The notes: generated by a model not told the origin, from the letters alone. A stretch of DNA of 63,895 bases, filler included, from Octopus bimaculoides (GCF_001194135.2; 6 parts of 6 records of this genome joined end to end with filler, not necessarily neighbours in it), one strand, 5' to 3'; positions 49,809-63,895 are shown, counted from the first letter of the whole stretch. Numbers and translations are program-made.

Positions 49809-52800
49809 GAATGCATAGAAACACAAAGAGATACAAAGTGACTCACAACAAATACATACAAAGATACACACATACACGCACACACACACACGCTTATGTG
49901 TGTGTGTTCGAAAAGACAACATAAACAAATACAAGTCTAATTACACAACTGAAATATTTAACCTGATAGAAACTAGGTAACATTGCAAATACCACACGCA
50001 CACATGCACACGCCAGAAATAAAACCCGCCCTCATGCAACTAAACAAAGAAGAAAGAAAAGTAATTAACGTAAAACAGAAAACGGGTGAGTATTTGTATC
50101 GGACATAAACCACAAAACAAGCTGTAAAACATTACACAAAACAATTAACATCAACACATCTGAAAAACAAGACAAAAAACGCTCACAACAATATAACACA
50201 GACAAAACAAGTAGGAGTAATGTAGCCGTATTTTATTATCGTGTATACTCAACAAACTCATTTCCAAAATCAGTCATTAAAGCAGTACTCAAGAAAATAA
50301 ACACAATATGCATATCACTCCTACACAATGACCTCGCCATATGTCGGGATCTTCGTCGTTCGACAACGAGGATTTCAGTTGTTTCTTATCAATAGAATTT
50401 ACCTGCTCCTGAATTAATGCGTGACTGAATAATATTCCACAGACACGTGCACCATTGAGGTAATCCTCGGGCAGAATCAGCGTGACACAGTGTGGTAAGG
50501 CTATACTTCTTGAATTATAGGCAGAATCCACCCGATAGCCTTCTATACAGTTTCTATGAAACCAATTTTACTTGGGTTGACAGAAACATCGATATGGGTC
50601 AGTGCGGGATATAGAAAGTGACATTTGCACAAAATTTTACGCGGTGTGATCGAAATTGTGACCTTATAATTGCGAAGCAGCCTTCTTAACCATTCGGCCA
50701 TTCTGTGGCCACGCCTTGACTTATAGTCAAATAGTAAAAGAATTACTGGCAAGTTCAACAATTCAAATTTACCAGCTCCTTTCTGCATATTAAACTATTT
50801 AAATTTATTGACTGGCACAAACGCCGTTGCTCCACCCGATAGAAAAAGAACTTAATAATCCTCAAATTACACAATCTATTGTTTAACATAAAAGCTACAG
50901 GTAGTAATGCTGTCTCAGATACATGAAAGAAAATAGATTTGACCAACATAGGTATATGCTGACAAAATCACTAAGCTACGTTTAAAATAGCGAAGACAAG
51001 AAAGAATTATTGCACTCACCAGTATCATCTACCATGACGAGCCGAAAAGAGAAACTCTTAGTTGCTCGTTGCCCTTCTAGAAATATGCTTTACATTTCCT
51101 TCCAATGTAGTCCTAGATATACTATATACTCTTTTATAAAAAAACTAGAGCCAGCACTGGAGGTTACGGCGTTTCGTATACGAATACTTCTATGTAAACA
51201 ATGCGACTGAATATAGAATAATAGGTAATGGGTGTACATGCATATTTCAGAAGTTATTGCTCCTTCTTCAGCACCACATCCAACCCATTAAACATCCACG
51301 AGCACATTGCCTAAATAGCCACCACTGCTACCACAGTATTGACCTATAAACCTTTAGTATACTTGGTAGTAGTGTATTATGGTCGCATAACGAAATAAGG
51401 TATTCCTACCAGCAATTACTATATATCTGGTGCAGAAAAGACATAATTGTCACGGTTCGAATGTCTTTGATGATAGGTCTGCTCGATCGAGGATAACCTA
51501 GGCTAAAACAACTACTGCTGCTGGTAAATCCTAATATACCTGTTGCTTCCGTTCATCCCAAAGTTAAAAAATGATCTTTGTTAAACCCCAGCTCCTGCAT
51601 ATTGCCATTGACGAATGCAGAACAACTGTGGTGCTCTGACTCAGTCTACCTTTCCTTCCTCCGCTTTCTGGACGCCACACGCTAGAACACTCTCCTATAC
51701 ATACATACATACATACATACATACATACATAAGAAAAAGTATGATAAACATGATGCAATTTATATTGTTTTTTCCCGACGTACGTTTCGAAAATGTGGTT
51801 GTTAATGCTGCACTTGGATGCTGATTAAGAACGTTCTTCGTTCCTCAGAATACTTTACTACGTAAAGTTAACGCAAAACAAAAGCTCATACATAAATATC
51901 CATCCATCCATCCATCTATCCATCCATCAATCCATCCATCGACCCATCCATCCATCCATACATACATACATACATACATGCATACACACATACACACATA
52001 TATTTCACCCATAAGATTCATGAGTACATACTAGATCGGTCCTCAACAAGACGGGACCATGCAATGTGTAGATGGAGTCAAGTGATTCAGAAGTCTTTCT
52101 ATATTCTATATAACCAACAACAATAACAACAATCACCTTTATTTGAACTGTATCAGAAGGTAAGTACTTCTATAGAAGATTTAGATGACCCAGTTTTAAT
52201 TCCAGATTATTCTATACTGAAGTTAATGCTGTCATTATTTAACTTCAGCTCTACGGTCAAATATATTTCAGTTGTAACCATTCCATTTTCTTCTAACTAT
52301 CTAGGACTACAAGACTCTGTATCCCTTCTTCATTTGGAACGGTAGAGTGTGTGATTCAAGGACCATTCAGTTTATCTCTTTAACGGGTCGAACTACCGCG
52401 CAGAGGCCTCCTCGAAGATACCACACAGTTACTATCGTTCAAAATGGCACGAACCGTACACGATTGTACTTTCACCTGCTTCATGAATCTTTGACCTCAT
52501 TCATTGCTGTGAATGCATGAATGAAATGAATGTAATTATAAACATATTAATAATCTACGGTACCAAGGTCATTATTCGATTGGTAAAGTATAATTAAGGG
52601 CATATTTCAGTGGGTCAGTTCTTCTGATAAGCTATATATGAGTGCGTGAGTAATATTCATACATACATCCTATCTCTCTCAGTTTTATATATGTGTGTGT
52701 GTGTGTGTGTGTTTGCATTGATTCGTCAAGGGGTGACAAATTACACTAGAGATAAACAAAAAGTATCGTTATTTTAAGCTTCATTATTCATAAGCGTAAA

Positions 52801-53701
52801 AACCTCTCAACAACTGACGACGACACAGACAGTATATATATTGAACATGGCAGTAGTCAGGGATCGAAATCGGTTCTCCAGCATTGTTCACTGGGTTATA
52901 TATTACTGATAATTTGCTTTAACGGTTCACAGTAACTACGTTAAGAAGGCACCCTGGCAAAATCGTGAGAGCATCGGATCGAATAACTTTTGGTATTCTT
53001 CCGGTTCGCTGATGACTCAATTCAAATACTACGGAGGTTCATTTCACCAGGAGAGGGATAGGCTCTGCCAAATTAAAAGATACTCTAGTTACACTGTATT
53101 CCAGAACGACCGCTCCCCTACAATCACATCAAGACCAAGATAAGGCCGGGCAATGACTATGTTCCTGAAACATAAGCACGGATTCGATCCTGCATCGATC
53201 GCAACACTGAGCCAGTCCCTTCCACTACAACCTTGTGAATGCCTTCCACTAATGCCCTGTGAAGAGGTGTTAGTGGGCGGAAACTGTGCGGAAGTCCACT
53301 GGAGAGAATGCTCCTCTTCTAGGAAGGAAAAATCATCCAGTATCCAATTTAACACCGGGCCTCCACTACTTGGCCATTTAGGTGTCTTTCAATTCTTTGT
53401 AAGCATTCCGACTGTCTCCAATTTGAGCATAACTGGCAGAGTTGTTCAACTGATTTTATCGACTCCAGTATATTGGTTTCAAATTTTGGCACGAAACCAG
53501 CAGTTTCAGGGGACAAGATAAGTCGATTAGCGTGTGTTTAGTCATCGGACATTAGAGTCTGAATCCAGACCCCAATGGCCGAAGGCTAGCCACATACTTG
53601 AAATTCAGAGTCGCAAGGAGTCTAAATCAAAGTGTTTTTGATCGATACATGTAACTCCCAATAAATGTGTTGAGTGCCCTTTTTCACTTGTCTACTCACT
53701 C

Positions 53702-53737
<36 letters not shown>

Positions 53738-55666
53738 NNNNNNNNNNNNNNNNNNNNNNNNNNNNNNNNNNNNNNNNNNNNNNNNNNNNNNNNNTGTGTG
53801 TGTGTGTGTTACATTCACAAGTATATACAAATATAAATACACACACGAACATATATATATATATTACATACATACATACATACATACATACGAACTTGTA
53901 TCCTATGTAAATAAAATACACCATTTTATTTATACCTTCTACTCTTACTCATTCTGAGTTTCCTTCGTTCAGAGACTGCAGCCACCACACGCACTTACGT
54001 TCATAACCACCGCATATACTCATGCAGACAACGCACAAACACACATAGACACAGAGAAACGCAAAAATATACATACACACGCGTATACATATGCACGGAA
54101 AGAGAAAGACAGACTGACTAACACAGATAAACGCATACACACTCAAACACAAATGATTGAAGATAAATTTAGTAAATTAATGAGACACATATTTTAACCT
54201 TTTATCCTCGTCTCACAGTTTCACTGTAAAACTTATTGCGAAAAAGTTTTTCTGCAAAATCTCACAAAAAAAAAAAAAAAAAAAAAAATGTTAATGCTGC
54301 AACTTCGAGGCAGCAATAATTATGGTGACTATGATGAAGACAACACTATATTTTGAATTTGTTTTTAGCCACCAGTGTTAGCAGGAATTGTATATTTCTT
54401 TGTGCATTACAACCATTGGCTATAAGCTAGTTTACACACTTAGAAACCTTATTGACCTTCTTGAGTGCTAGAAAAATACTTCAGTCTCCAACAACTGACA
54501 CTCTACAAAGTTCAGGTGGGACCAGAAATGGAACCATCGTCTGAATATCTGGTTCAATGTTGCTGTTATACATACAGACATACCTATTCTGCACTAAAAA
54601 AAAAAAAAAGGCCACACTCCTGATTGTCATGAGGTCGCTGACTAACACGCACTATCGTCTGGACCACAGAGGCAAAGTTTTCTCTCTCCTCTCTTTGTGT
54701 CTTCCCCCCCCCCCACCACTTCAACAATGGTCGTTGCTCTTCAGAAATAGCTGATCTTGTTCCACCTCCACTCTAACACTCCAGACTCGCTTTTCTCTCC
54801 ATCTCTTAAAACCAATATTGTATCCATCCCAATAAGCTCTCCACCATCAATGGTATAGACTTAACTATAAAAGAAAGAGTGGAGAGATATTTGAATGAAC
54901 GACTGAAAGTTTGGCGGCAATTTTCATCGAGTTTCTACATTCTGGTTTAAAAAGTAGGAATGACAGATTTGTCTGGGCCTTGAATGTTTTACGGTATTTA
55001 TTTGAGTTCTTGGATGGTAAACAACATCTGCCTTCCAGTTCAACATCACTACTTGCTCCTTGGGTATCTTTAACGGAGTTCGCTCTATTGCAAGCATTCG
55101 AGCTAGTCCTCGGTCTGAGAATAATTTCTTTCTTTCCCACCATCAACATTGGAGGCTCTGAAAATCTTAAGGATCATGGGTGCTGTCCCTCTCTCCCTGA
55201 CTAAGCAATAAAAAAAATAACTGGTTAATTGCTACGCAATGTCACTTTCTTATAACAGCTGTACGTTGTACTGACACATGACAACTATTTTTACAGATAG
55301 ATAAAATGGTCAAAGTTTTGTGTCTCTATCATTGATAAGAAGTGTCCCCTTGTCAAGCGGAGGGTATGGCATTCTGGCAACCCAGCTATTTGCGACCTTC
55401 AGCCTGTATTAAGTGTGCAAAATAAGCAAAGTTTCTTTGAAAAAAATTTGTTCAAGCAACGCACGGCATACTTAACTAGCACAAATCAGGTTGAAGCTAA
55501 AAAAATCTTTCCTTTTTGCTTTAATTGGTTATTTTCTTACGTTGATTGTGCTTTGGCTAAGTACGGCACTTCTCTCAAAGATATTGAAAGTTTAAGTAAT
55601 GTATATAAAGACAGTTCTATATAAGGAATAAGATATAGTGTTCCGTAGGGGCTATTGCACTATCTA

Positions 55667-56912
55667 TCAGGTAATCCCTTAAGTTCTGTCCGAATTTTGA
55701 ATAAAGAAAACAAGTGATCAAATATTATATTTAATTGAAATTGATCATCAATGTACTTTCCCCTGATTATCTATGACTTCCTTCCATCTATTTACAATCT
55801 CTTTAATCCCATCAATGTTAAACTCTTTTGGTTTCAAAGCGAAGAACTCTGAAATGTCAGTTTCGATCTCCTCCTGGCTTGCGAAAGTTATGTCCCCCAA
55901 ATGATTCTGTAAACTTCGAAACAACTGCTAGTCTGAAGGAGCAAGGTCGGGAGAATAAGGTGGATGGGGACCTTTTTGCAAACCAAGCTCTTCGATCTTC
56001 TGTGATATGATCTTTGCAGTGTGGGGTCGCGCATTATCCTGATGAAACATCACTCCTTTTCGATTCACTAAAGCGGGTCTTTTTTTCTTCAAAGCTTGGT
56101 TCAAACGGTTTAATTGCTGACAGTAGACTTGAGCATTGATTGTTGCATTAGGTGGTAACAATTCAAAGTGAATTACTCCTTAGCAATCCCACCAGATAGN
56201 NNNNNNNNNNNNNNNNNNNNNNNNNNNNNNNNNNNNNNNNNNNNNNNNNNNNNNNNNNNNNNNNNNNNNNNNNNNNNNNNNNNNNNNNNNNNNNNNNNNN
56301 NNNNNNNNNNNNNNNNNNNNNNNNNNNNNNNNNNNNNNNNNNNNNNNNNNNNNNNNNNNNNNNNNNNNNNNNNNNNNNNNNNNNNNNNNNNNNNNNNNNN
56401 NNNNNNNNNNNNNNNNNNNNNNNNNNNNNNNNNNNNNNNNNNNNNNNNNNNNNNNNNNNNNNNNNNNNNNNNNNNNNNNNNNNNNNNNNNNNNNNNNATG
56501 CCTCAAGGAGCTTATCATCAAACTCAATTGGATATCCTGTTCGATGTTTATCTTCAAGGCTGAAATCTCCACTTCTGAATTTTGGAAACCATCTTCTGCA
56601 AGTTCTTTCATTCAAGCATTCTTTCCCATAATCTGAGTGTATGTTTCGAGTCGCTCCGGCTGCAGAGTTTCCTTTTTTTGTACTCATAAAGCATTATGTG
56701 CTTCAAATGCTCTTTGGATACTTCCATGTTAGAAAGGGTTTTAATCAAAGAAATGTTTATCCTATTATTCTGTAAAATAATATTTAATTAGTTTAAATAT
56801 ACACAAATGCATAAAAATAATTTTTAATTCCATTAGACATTCTAAAATACTATTAAATTTCATTCAATTTTAAAAAAAGGTAAAATCGGACAGAACTTAT
56901 GGGATGACCTGA
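55667..56912 (-). mobile_element. Full-length mariner (DD34D) element, defective, with an internal gap
   Basis: TIRs TCAGGTAATCCCTTAAGTTCTGTCCGA / TCGGACAGAACTTATGGGATGACCTGA, TA flanks; HQDNARPH...YSPDLAPSD (34-residue spacing) and WFPKFRSGDFSLED. Confidence 0.92.
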
Positions 56913-58219
56913 TACTTTCCATTTTTGATTGTAGTCGCTCTGATCGAAAATTCATCCGAAAATTTGAATTGGGTCACAATGCTCAATGCGAATTCATATC
57001 TATCCTAATGGGTTAGCTTCTCGATAAAAGTAATTCGATTCTTTCTAATCTGAGACAAACCTTTTGAACGCAGAAAGTTGATATACCCGTTCAAAATGTT
57101 ATTACCATGAAGCCGTGGGTAAGATCGCTATCCACAGAGAGCGATCTTATCCACGGCTTGATGAAACCTCTTCTTATGCTGCAAAGTGGCGGAGACACCC
57201 CAAACAACGCGTTTTACAAAGACAATTTTTCATATATTTTTAATTTTCTTTCACGTATTCCATCAAATATCTCTTTACAGAGTGAGAATCAAACATGTTA
57301 AGTGGCGGAATACCTAAAGAAGATACTAAAAAATGCCAATTCCACCTTTTTGGTGGATAATTAACATCAACTAAATAATGCAAAGGGTTAAGAGACTGAA
57401 AGTTTATATCGTTCTTGTCTTTTACAAAACTGTTAACAACAGATGCAAGCTGAAGTCTACGTTGCAAACCACCCACTGTGAGCTTATTTCTTGCTCTACA
57501 AGAAATTACTGAGAGACGAAAGTCCGCGAGTTATAGGTGATTTGAATTGAAATTGTGTAATATTCATACTTTTCTCAAGACAAGTGAAGTGAATGAGAAA
57601 ATGTGAGCATGGCAACAGGTTTCACTGGTGGTTTATTTCTATTTTATTTACATCAAGATAAATAATATTAGGGAAACATTCGGAATGTTTTTTGTTTTTT
57701 TTGAAACACGCTCAGATAAACGCATAATTCAAATTCCTACTAAAAATAAATAAACTATACAATGCAACAAAACAACTAAATATGAATTCATTGACATGTG
57801 AAATAATGTGATATATCTTTAGCAACACCATCATTTGATATCATTAAGGGGTAAATAGAGAGGATGTGGAAGAGATAGAGAGAAATAGTATTCTACCTTG
57901 AAGGAAAATTAGTTGAATGTGTAAAGTCTAATGCTTGATTAAACGTGATTTATGGTAACTCAAACATCGCATCTGAATTTTGAAAACCTGTTTAGGTATA
58001 TTTTGTTAAAAATTTAAGGTTTATTCAGTACAGTTTGATGAGAGATTGAATGTTAACTCAATACTATTCTCATTTTCTTTCGAAGAAAACTAGAAATTAC
58101 TTTCTTTAATGATATAATATATATTTGACACCAAAACAATTTGTTGTTTTGATATCAAAAATACAATACACGAGAAAACAGTATGGAAACTTACAGACCA
58201 GGAGAAAAAATTAAGTTGA

Positions 58220-58269
<50 letters not shown>

Positions 58270-58271
<2 letters not shown>

Positions 58272-58487
58272 GTAATATTTTCTACAGAAGGCAAAAGGCC
58301 TGAAATTTGGTGTGAGGGGAATAGTCGATTACATCGACCCCAGTGTTTCACTGGTACTTAATTCATCGACTTCGAAAGGATGAGAGTCAAAGTCGATCTC
58401 ACGGAATTTGAACTCAAAACGTAGCGACGGGCGAAATACAGCTAAGCATTTTGTTCAGCGTGCTAACGATTCTACAATCTCGCTGCC

Positions 58488-58550
<63 letters not shown>

Positions 58551-58785
58551 GTAGTAATAATCCTTTCTACTAGAGGCACAAGGCCTCAAATAGGGGGTTA
58601 GTGGACTAGTCGATTTTATCGATCCAGTGTTTTACTGGTAATTAATTGATCGATCCCCGAACGGATGAAAGGTAAAGTTGGCTTCGGCGGAATTTGAACT
58701 CAGAACGGAAAGACAGACGAAGTACCGGTAAGCATTTCGTCCGGTGTGCTAACGACACTGCTAGCTCGCAGCCTTCAAGATAATA

Positions 58786-58853
<68 letters not shown>

Positions 58854-59110
58854 CCTTTCTATTATAGGCACTCAGCCTGAAATTTACATCAATACCCAGG
58901 ATTTGACTGGTACTAATTCATCGAACCCGAAAAGATAAGAGGCAAAGTCGACCTCAGTGGTAAAAATTATAAATAATTTTCCTTTCTACTATAGGCACAA
59001 GGTCTGAAATTTTGAGGGAGGAGTTTAATCGATTACATCGACCCCAGTGCTCGACTTGTACTTATTTCATCGACCTCGAAAGATGAAAGACTAAGTCAAC
59101 TCCGGCGGAA
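58270..59110 (-). mobile_element. Array of four same-orientation SINE copies separated by (AAT)n
   Basis: TTTCTAC.A.AGGCA.AAGG.CTGAAAT unit restarts after each (AAT)n run at ~58280, ~58565, ~58855 and ~58985. Confidence 0.8.
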
Positions 59111-59272
59111 AAACATAAAAATATTACAGCAGCATAATTTGAAGAATATCGAAATTCAAGGATAGTGCTGACATTACAAGACGTCTTTTAACTGCAAATG
59201 GGAAAAATAAGCACTATGTTTCTTGTAATGCAATTGTTGGACAAATGCCATAGTTTTGAATCATACTGATTT

Positions 59273-59352
59273 ATATATAAAAGGAATTTTATATATAAAT
59301 TTCATATATAAAAGGAATTTTATATATAAATTTCATATATAAAAGGAATTTT
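59273..59352. repeat. 31-bp tandem repeat, 2.6 copies
   Basis: ATATATAAAAGGAATTTTATATATAAATTTC at 59273 and 59304, partial at 59335. Confidence 0.85.
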
Positions 59353-59725
59353 GATTGTGTCAAATGCAGAGTAAAGATCAGTAAATACATTTTATAAAAA
59401 GATTAACTGAACAGACCAAAGTGTTGACCGACGGAGAGACCATTTCTGTCCATGGGTGGTAGACTTAAGCCGTCACTCTGTTTAGCATCATTACCTGACC
59501 TGCGGGTGCCCATGGCGGAGTTCAACTGGGCCAGATTTTCTGTTTGAGGGTAACTCTCAACAGTCTTGAAGGATCTGGAAAGACTCGTGGGTAGTTACTT
59601 TTCTCTCCTAGGTCATAAAAAAAAAGTCTGGTATTTTTTCTTATTGGTGTCTTTTGCTGAACTGCTAGGTTACTGGGACGTCAACTAACCAACACCGGTC
59701 ATCAAGCAGAGGGGCGGAGGTAAAA

Positions 59726-59782
<57 letters not shown>

Positions 59783-60344
59783 GCACAATTTTTGTGTACC
59801 AAATTCGATCACGTGGCTTTGTCGGTCCGGATCTATAGTAGAAGCCACTTACCGAACGTGCTGCGCAGTGGGATTAAACTCAAAACTACGTGGTTGCAGA
59901 ACAAGTTCCCTCCACAGCATTGACCATTCATTTTTGTCAACGATGTCAATAAAAAACGCANNNNNNNNNNNNNNNNNNNNNNNNNNNNNNNNNNNNNNNN
60001 NNNNTTAATTAATTAANNNNNNNNNNNNNNNNNNNNNNNNNNNNNNNNNNNNNNNNNNNNATATATATCCTTTCTGATTGATTCCGGAAGGTGTGCCTCA
60101 AAGCAGTGTGTACCTAAAAATAAAAAATAGGGAGAGAAAAATAAGTGCCAACAACAACAACATCAACACAGCAACAACAACATCATTTACGTTAACAGTA
60201 GCAACAGCAGTTTAGACAAAAGAAAAGCAACATGCACGGAGCCGAGCTAATATCTTATATAGTTCAAGGTATGTACACACACGCGTATATACATATGTAT
60301 ACAGATATACATACATACATACAAGCATACCTACGTACATACAT

Positions 60345-60384
<40 letters not shown>

Positions 60385-60784
60385 GTAAATAACAGGACAT
60401 AACAACAGTTGTCTTTCGACTAAGGACGAATTAAATTAAGCTGGCGAGTGTGAAAGTAAAGCTTTACTGCAGCGACATAAAAGATGACAGGCATGGGGAG
60501 GAATATAGATGTTACACGGATGGTAGTCGAACCAAGAAAGAAAGGTGAGGTTTGGCCGAATACCGGTCAAGTGGAGAGAGGAGAGAGATAGAGGCAGAGG
60601 GATAGAAGAATTAGGGCGGGCCGAGAAAAAAAGAAAAGGCACAGAGTGAAGTGAAAGAGCAGGGAATGTGAGAATGAAGAGAAAGCCAGGAAATGTGAGA
60701 GAGGGAGGACGAAAGAAAGAAGAGTGGAAAGAACGAAGTAAGTGTGAAGGGGCTGATAGAAAGACAGAAAGAATAGGAGAGTCG
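60385..60784. mobile_element. Interspersed repeat, partner of 63075-63495
   Basis: AAATAACAGGAC...GGACGAATTAAATTAAGCTGGCG...GGTAGTCGAACCAAGAAAGAAAGG...GAAGGGGCTGATAGAAAG shared with the second copy. Confidence 0.75.
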
Positions 60785-61363
60785 NNNNNNNNNNNNNNNN
60801 NNNNNNNNNNNNNNNNNNNNNNNNNNNNNNNNNNNNNNNNNNNNNNNNNNNNNNNNNNNNNNNNNNNNNNNNNNNNNNNNNNNNNNNNNNNNNNNNNNNN
60901 NNNNNNNNNNNNNNNNNNNNNNNNNNNNNNNNNNNNNNNNNNNNNNNNNNNNNATAAGACTCTAAAATTGTACGTACGCCACAATAATACAAAAATGTGC
61001 TGCCATACTGGAGCACTGCCTTTAGTCGAACAAATTGACCTAGTAATTATTCTATCGGTCTTTTTTGCTGAACCGCCAAAGAGTTACGGAGACACATACA
61101 CACCAGCATCGGTTGTCAAGCCATGAATGGGGTAGACAAACACAGATGCACAAACATATACAAATACACACACACACACACACACACACATACGACATGG
61201 TTCTTTCAGTTTCCGTCTACGAAATCCACTCACAAGACTTTGGTCAGCTTGAGGCTAAAGATGGAGACACTTGCCCAAACTGCCACGCTGTGGGACTGAA
61301 CCCGGAACCATGTGGTTGGGAAGTAATCTTCTTACCACACACATACGCATGCACATATGACTG

Positions 61364-61398
<35 letters not shown>

Positions 61399-61561
61399 CT
61401 ATCTATCTATTCTTCTTTCTACATACATATGAGTGTGTGCATGTATCTGTTTCTACCTCTAAATCATACGCGCATTTCCTTTATTTCCTTTATGTGCCGC
61501 AGTCCAAAGTCTGTGGCCATACTGTGGCACCACTAAATGTCAATATACATATATTTTTCAG

Positions 61562-61752
61562 CTCCTCCTGCTATTCGTGTGCCTTATCTCCCACCAATCA
61601 CAATCGTCATCGCATGTATTTTGGTGGTGCTCACTATTTTTATACTGATTTGTGAAATTCTACGAGTGAAAAAGGCCTCAAAACCATCCCTTCTACTCGC
61701 AGAAAAGGAGCCACTTCCTGAAAGAAGCTCAAATGCTGAAGACAAAGAATAA
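61562..61752 (+). CDS. Probable terminal exon of a single-pass membrane protein (unknown gene)
   Basis: Acceptor atatttttcag|CT (phase 1); PPAIRVPYLPP-ITIVIACILVVLTIFILICEIL (TM)-RVKK (stop-transfer)-...EDKE*; AATAAA at 62370-62375. Confidence 0.55.
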
Positions 61753-62369
61753 GGACCAAAACCCTTCGATGCCCTTCTCCTCAAACAACGGCCCTTCGAA
61801 AACTTCCCCATCAACAACGTTTGCATCAACGGCCTTCACCAACATTGCTTTTCACATAATTGGTCCCCATGGAAAACTTCGATATCAACGACGGCCTTCA
61901 CAAACATCGATGCCCTCACCAGCATCGCCCTTCACAAATTTGGTCCTTATCAACGTCGATATCAACAACAACCCTTACCAACATCAATAGCCATCACCAA
62001 CATTGAAGGCCATCACCAACATGGGCAGCCCCCGCCAATATAGCCCTTCACACACATGGTCCTCACAGTAAACTTCCACAAAAGCAAAGGGACTACTACT
62101 ACAGTAACCAACAACCAACAACAACCTCCGCAAGCATGCTCAACAAGAAAAACGAGCGCAACAACAAGGGCCATCACCAACCACGCCGTTAAGGCCCCTT
62201 CAACAAGAACGTAGCCTACAAAGCCTGCTTACAATGTCCCCACCAACAACCGTGCTTTGTACCCCTACACGCCATGTTTCTTTTTTGTATTAGTAAGAGG
62301 GACCCTTAATTTTTATGTATCGGAAACGATGGAGTTCAGTATGACTGTATGTTCTCTCTCTCTTTAGAA

Positions 62370-62375
62370 AATAAA
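62370..62375 (+). promoter_or_regulatory. Candidate polyadenylation signal
   Basis: AATAAA ~620 nt after the stop at 61752, followed by GTGTTGTCTCT (GU-rich). Confidence 0.4.
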
Positions 62376-62471
62376 GTATTTTCGCATGACAGAACCGTGT
62401 TGTCTCTTATAGTTGTTGAGTGGGTTTCAGACAGTCACCACTGTTGATGCAGTCTATGTATATTTTGTCTG

Positions 62472-62544
<73 letters not shown>

Positions 62545-62655
62545 TTATCTATTTATCTATCTGTCTATCTGTCTGCCTGTCTGTACGACCGTCCGTCCCT
62601 CCGTCTGTCTATCTATTTGTCTGTCTATTCGTCCGTCCGTCCCCTTTCTTTCTAT

Positions 62656-62713
<58 letters not shown>

Positions 62714-62835
62714 GTCTGTCTGTCTGTCTGTCTGTNNNNNNNNNNNNNNNNNNNNNNNNNNNNNNNNNNNNNNNNNNNNTTAATTAATTAANNNNNNNNN
62801 NNNNNNNNNNNNNNNNNNNNNNNNNNNNNNNNNNN

Positions 62836-63495
62836 ATGGGACAAGAACGCAAAACATCCAGACAGACGATACAAAGAAAACAAGGACGGGTCATTCGGAG
62901 TTTTCTATCCTCAATCGAGTTCCAGATTATCTTTGCAATTTCAGCTGGTTATACTCGAGATTGCTCCAATCTGGCCAGCCCTAAGGAAAAACTAAGCTAA
63001 GAGCACTTGATTCCTTGGAAGAAAGAAGCGAATGTATACGAAAACAAGGACGGAAAAAAAATGGTACACAGATACAAATAACAGGACAATAACAACGGGT
63101 GTCTTTCGACAAAGGACGAATTAAATTAAGCTGGCGTGTGTGGAAGTAAAGCCTTACGGCAGGGACATGAGATTTGACTGGCACAGGGAGAAATATAGAT
63201 GTTGCACGGGTGGTAGTCGAACCAAGAAAGAAAGGTCAAGCTTGGCCGAACACCGGTGGCGTGGAAAGAGAGAGAGAGAGGTAGAGGTAGAGGGATAGAA
63301 GAATTAAGGAGGGGCGAGAAAAATGAAAGGGACAGAGTGAAGTGAAAGTGAAAGAGGTGGGAAGGTGAGCATGAAGAGAAGGCCAGGAAGTGTGAGAGAG
63401 GGGGAACGAAATAACGAAGAGTGGAATGAACGAAGTGTGAAGGGGCTGATAGAAAGAAGGATAGAATGAAAGAATAGAAAGAATAATAGAGTCGT
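62836..63495. mobile_element. Interspersed repeat (longer copy of the 60385-60784 family), possibly Penelope-like
   Basis: Direct similarity to 60385-60784; flanked by a gap and (TA)n. Confidence 0.65.
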
Positions 63496-63504
63496 ACAAA
63501 ATTC

Positions 63505-63536
<32 letters not shown>

Positions 63537-63538
63537 GT

Positions 63539-63569
<31 letters not shown>

Positions 63570-63843
63570 GACAGGCGTGGCTATGTGGTAAGAACGTTGT
63601 TTCCTAATCACATGGTTCAGGGTTCAGTCCCGCTGCGTAGAACCTTGGGCAAGTGTCATCTACTATGGCTTCATACCGACTAAAAGGTGGTACTGCAGCA
63701 TGACCCCAGTCAAATGACTGAAACAAATAAAAGAATAAAAGAGAGAAATAGAACATATATATGTGTGTGTGTGTGTGTGTGTGCCTGTGTGTGTGTGTAT
63801 TTATATATATATATATGTATGCATGTATGTATATATGTACGTA

Positions 63844-63895
<52 letters not shown>

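Noticed and set aside
54865-55204. ORFs on both strands near 55 kb
   Set aside because: No recognisable domain or splice support; left uncalled.
17610-62791. Recurrent palindrome TTAATTAATTAA at five sites
   Set aside because: Always centred in ~100-bp N gaps; a synthetic six-frame-stop linker, not biological.

Overview
AT-rich, microsatellite- and transposon-dense eukaryotic DNA with many N gaps. The SINE, RTE-LINE and Tc1/mariner repertoire suggests an octopus (cephalopod) genome; this is inference, not database-checked. One host gene is firmly identified: the last three coding exons of CDC16/ANAPC6 on the minus strand (14932-14797, 12123-12033, 10979-10864). Its upstream exons are not visible, and an artificial scaffold join lies at 17610. 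A probable terminal transmembrane-coding exon of an unknown gene lies at 61562-61752 (+). The most unusual region is 25.7-29.1 kb. It holds six strand-alternating tRNA-Val copies (five near-intact, one decayed) that all share a Val(TAC)-type body but carry AAC, TAC or CAC anticodons, and all have U rather than A at discriminator position 73. The last copy sits in the loop of a ~510-bp, ~96% identical inverted duplication. Other notable items: two minimal type I hammerhead-like motifs in Penelope-like repeat ends, a full-length DD36E Tc1 element, an IS630-like transposase relic, a cryptic ~29-bp minisatellite, and a CpG-decay gradient in SINE copies that may record gene-body methylation. Most listed ORFs are microsatellite or gap artefacts.
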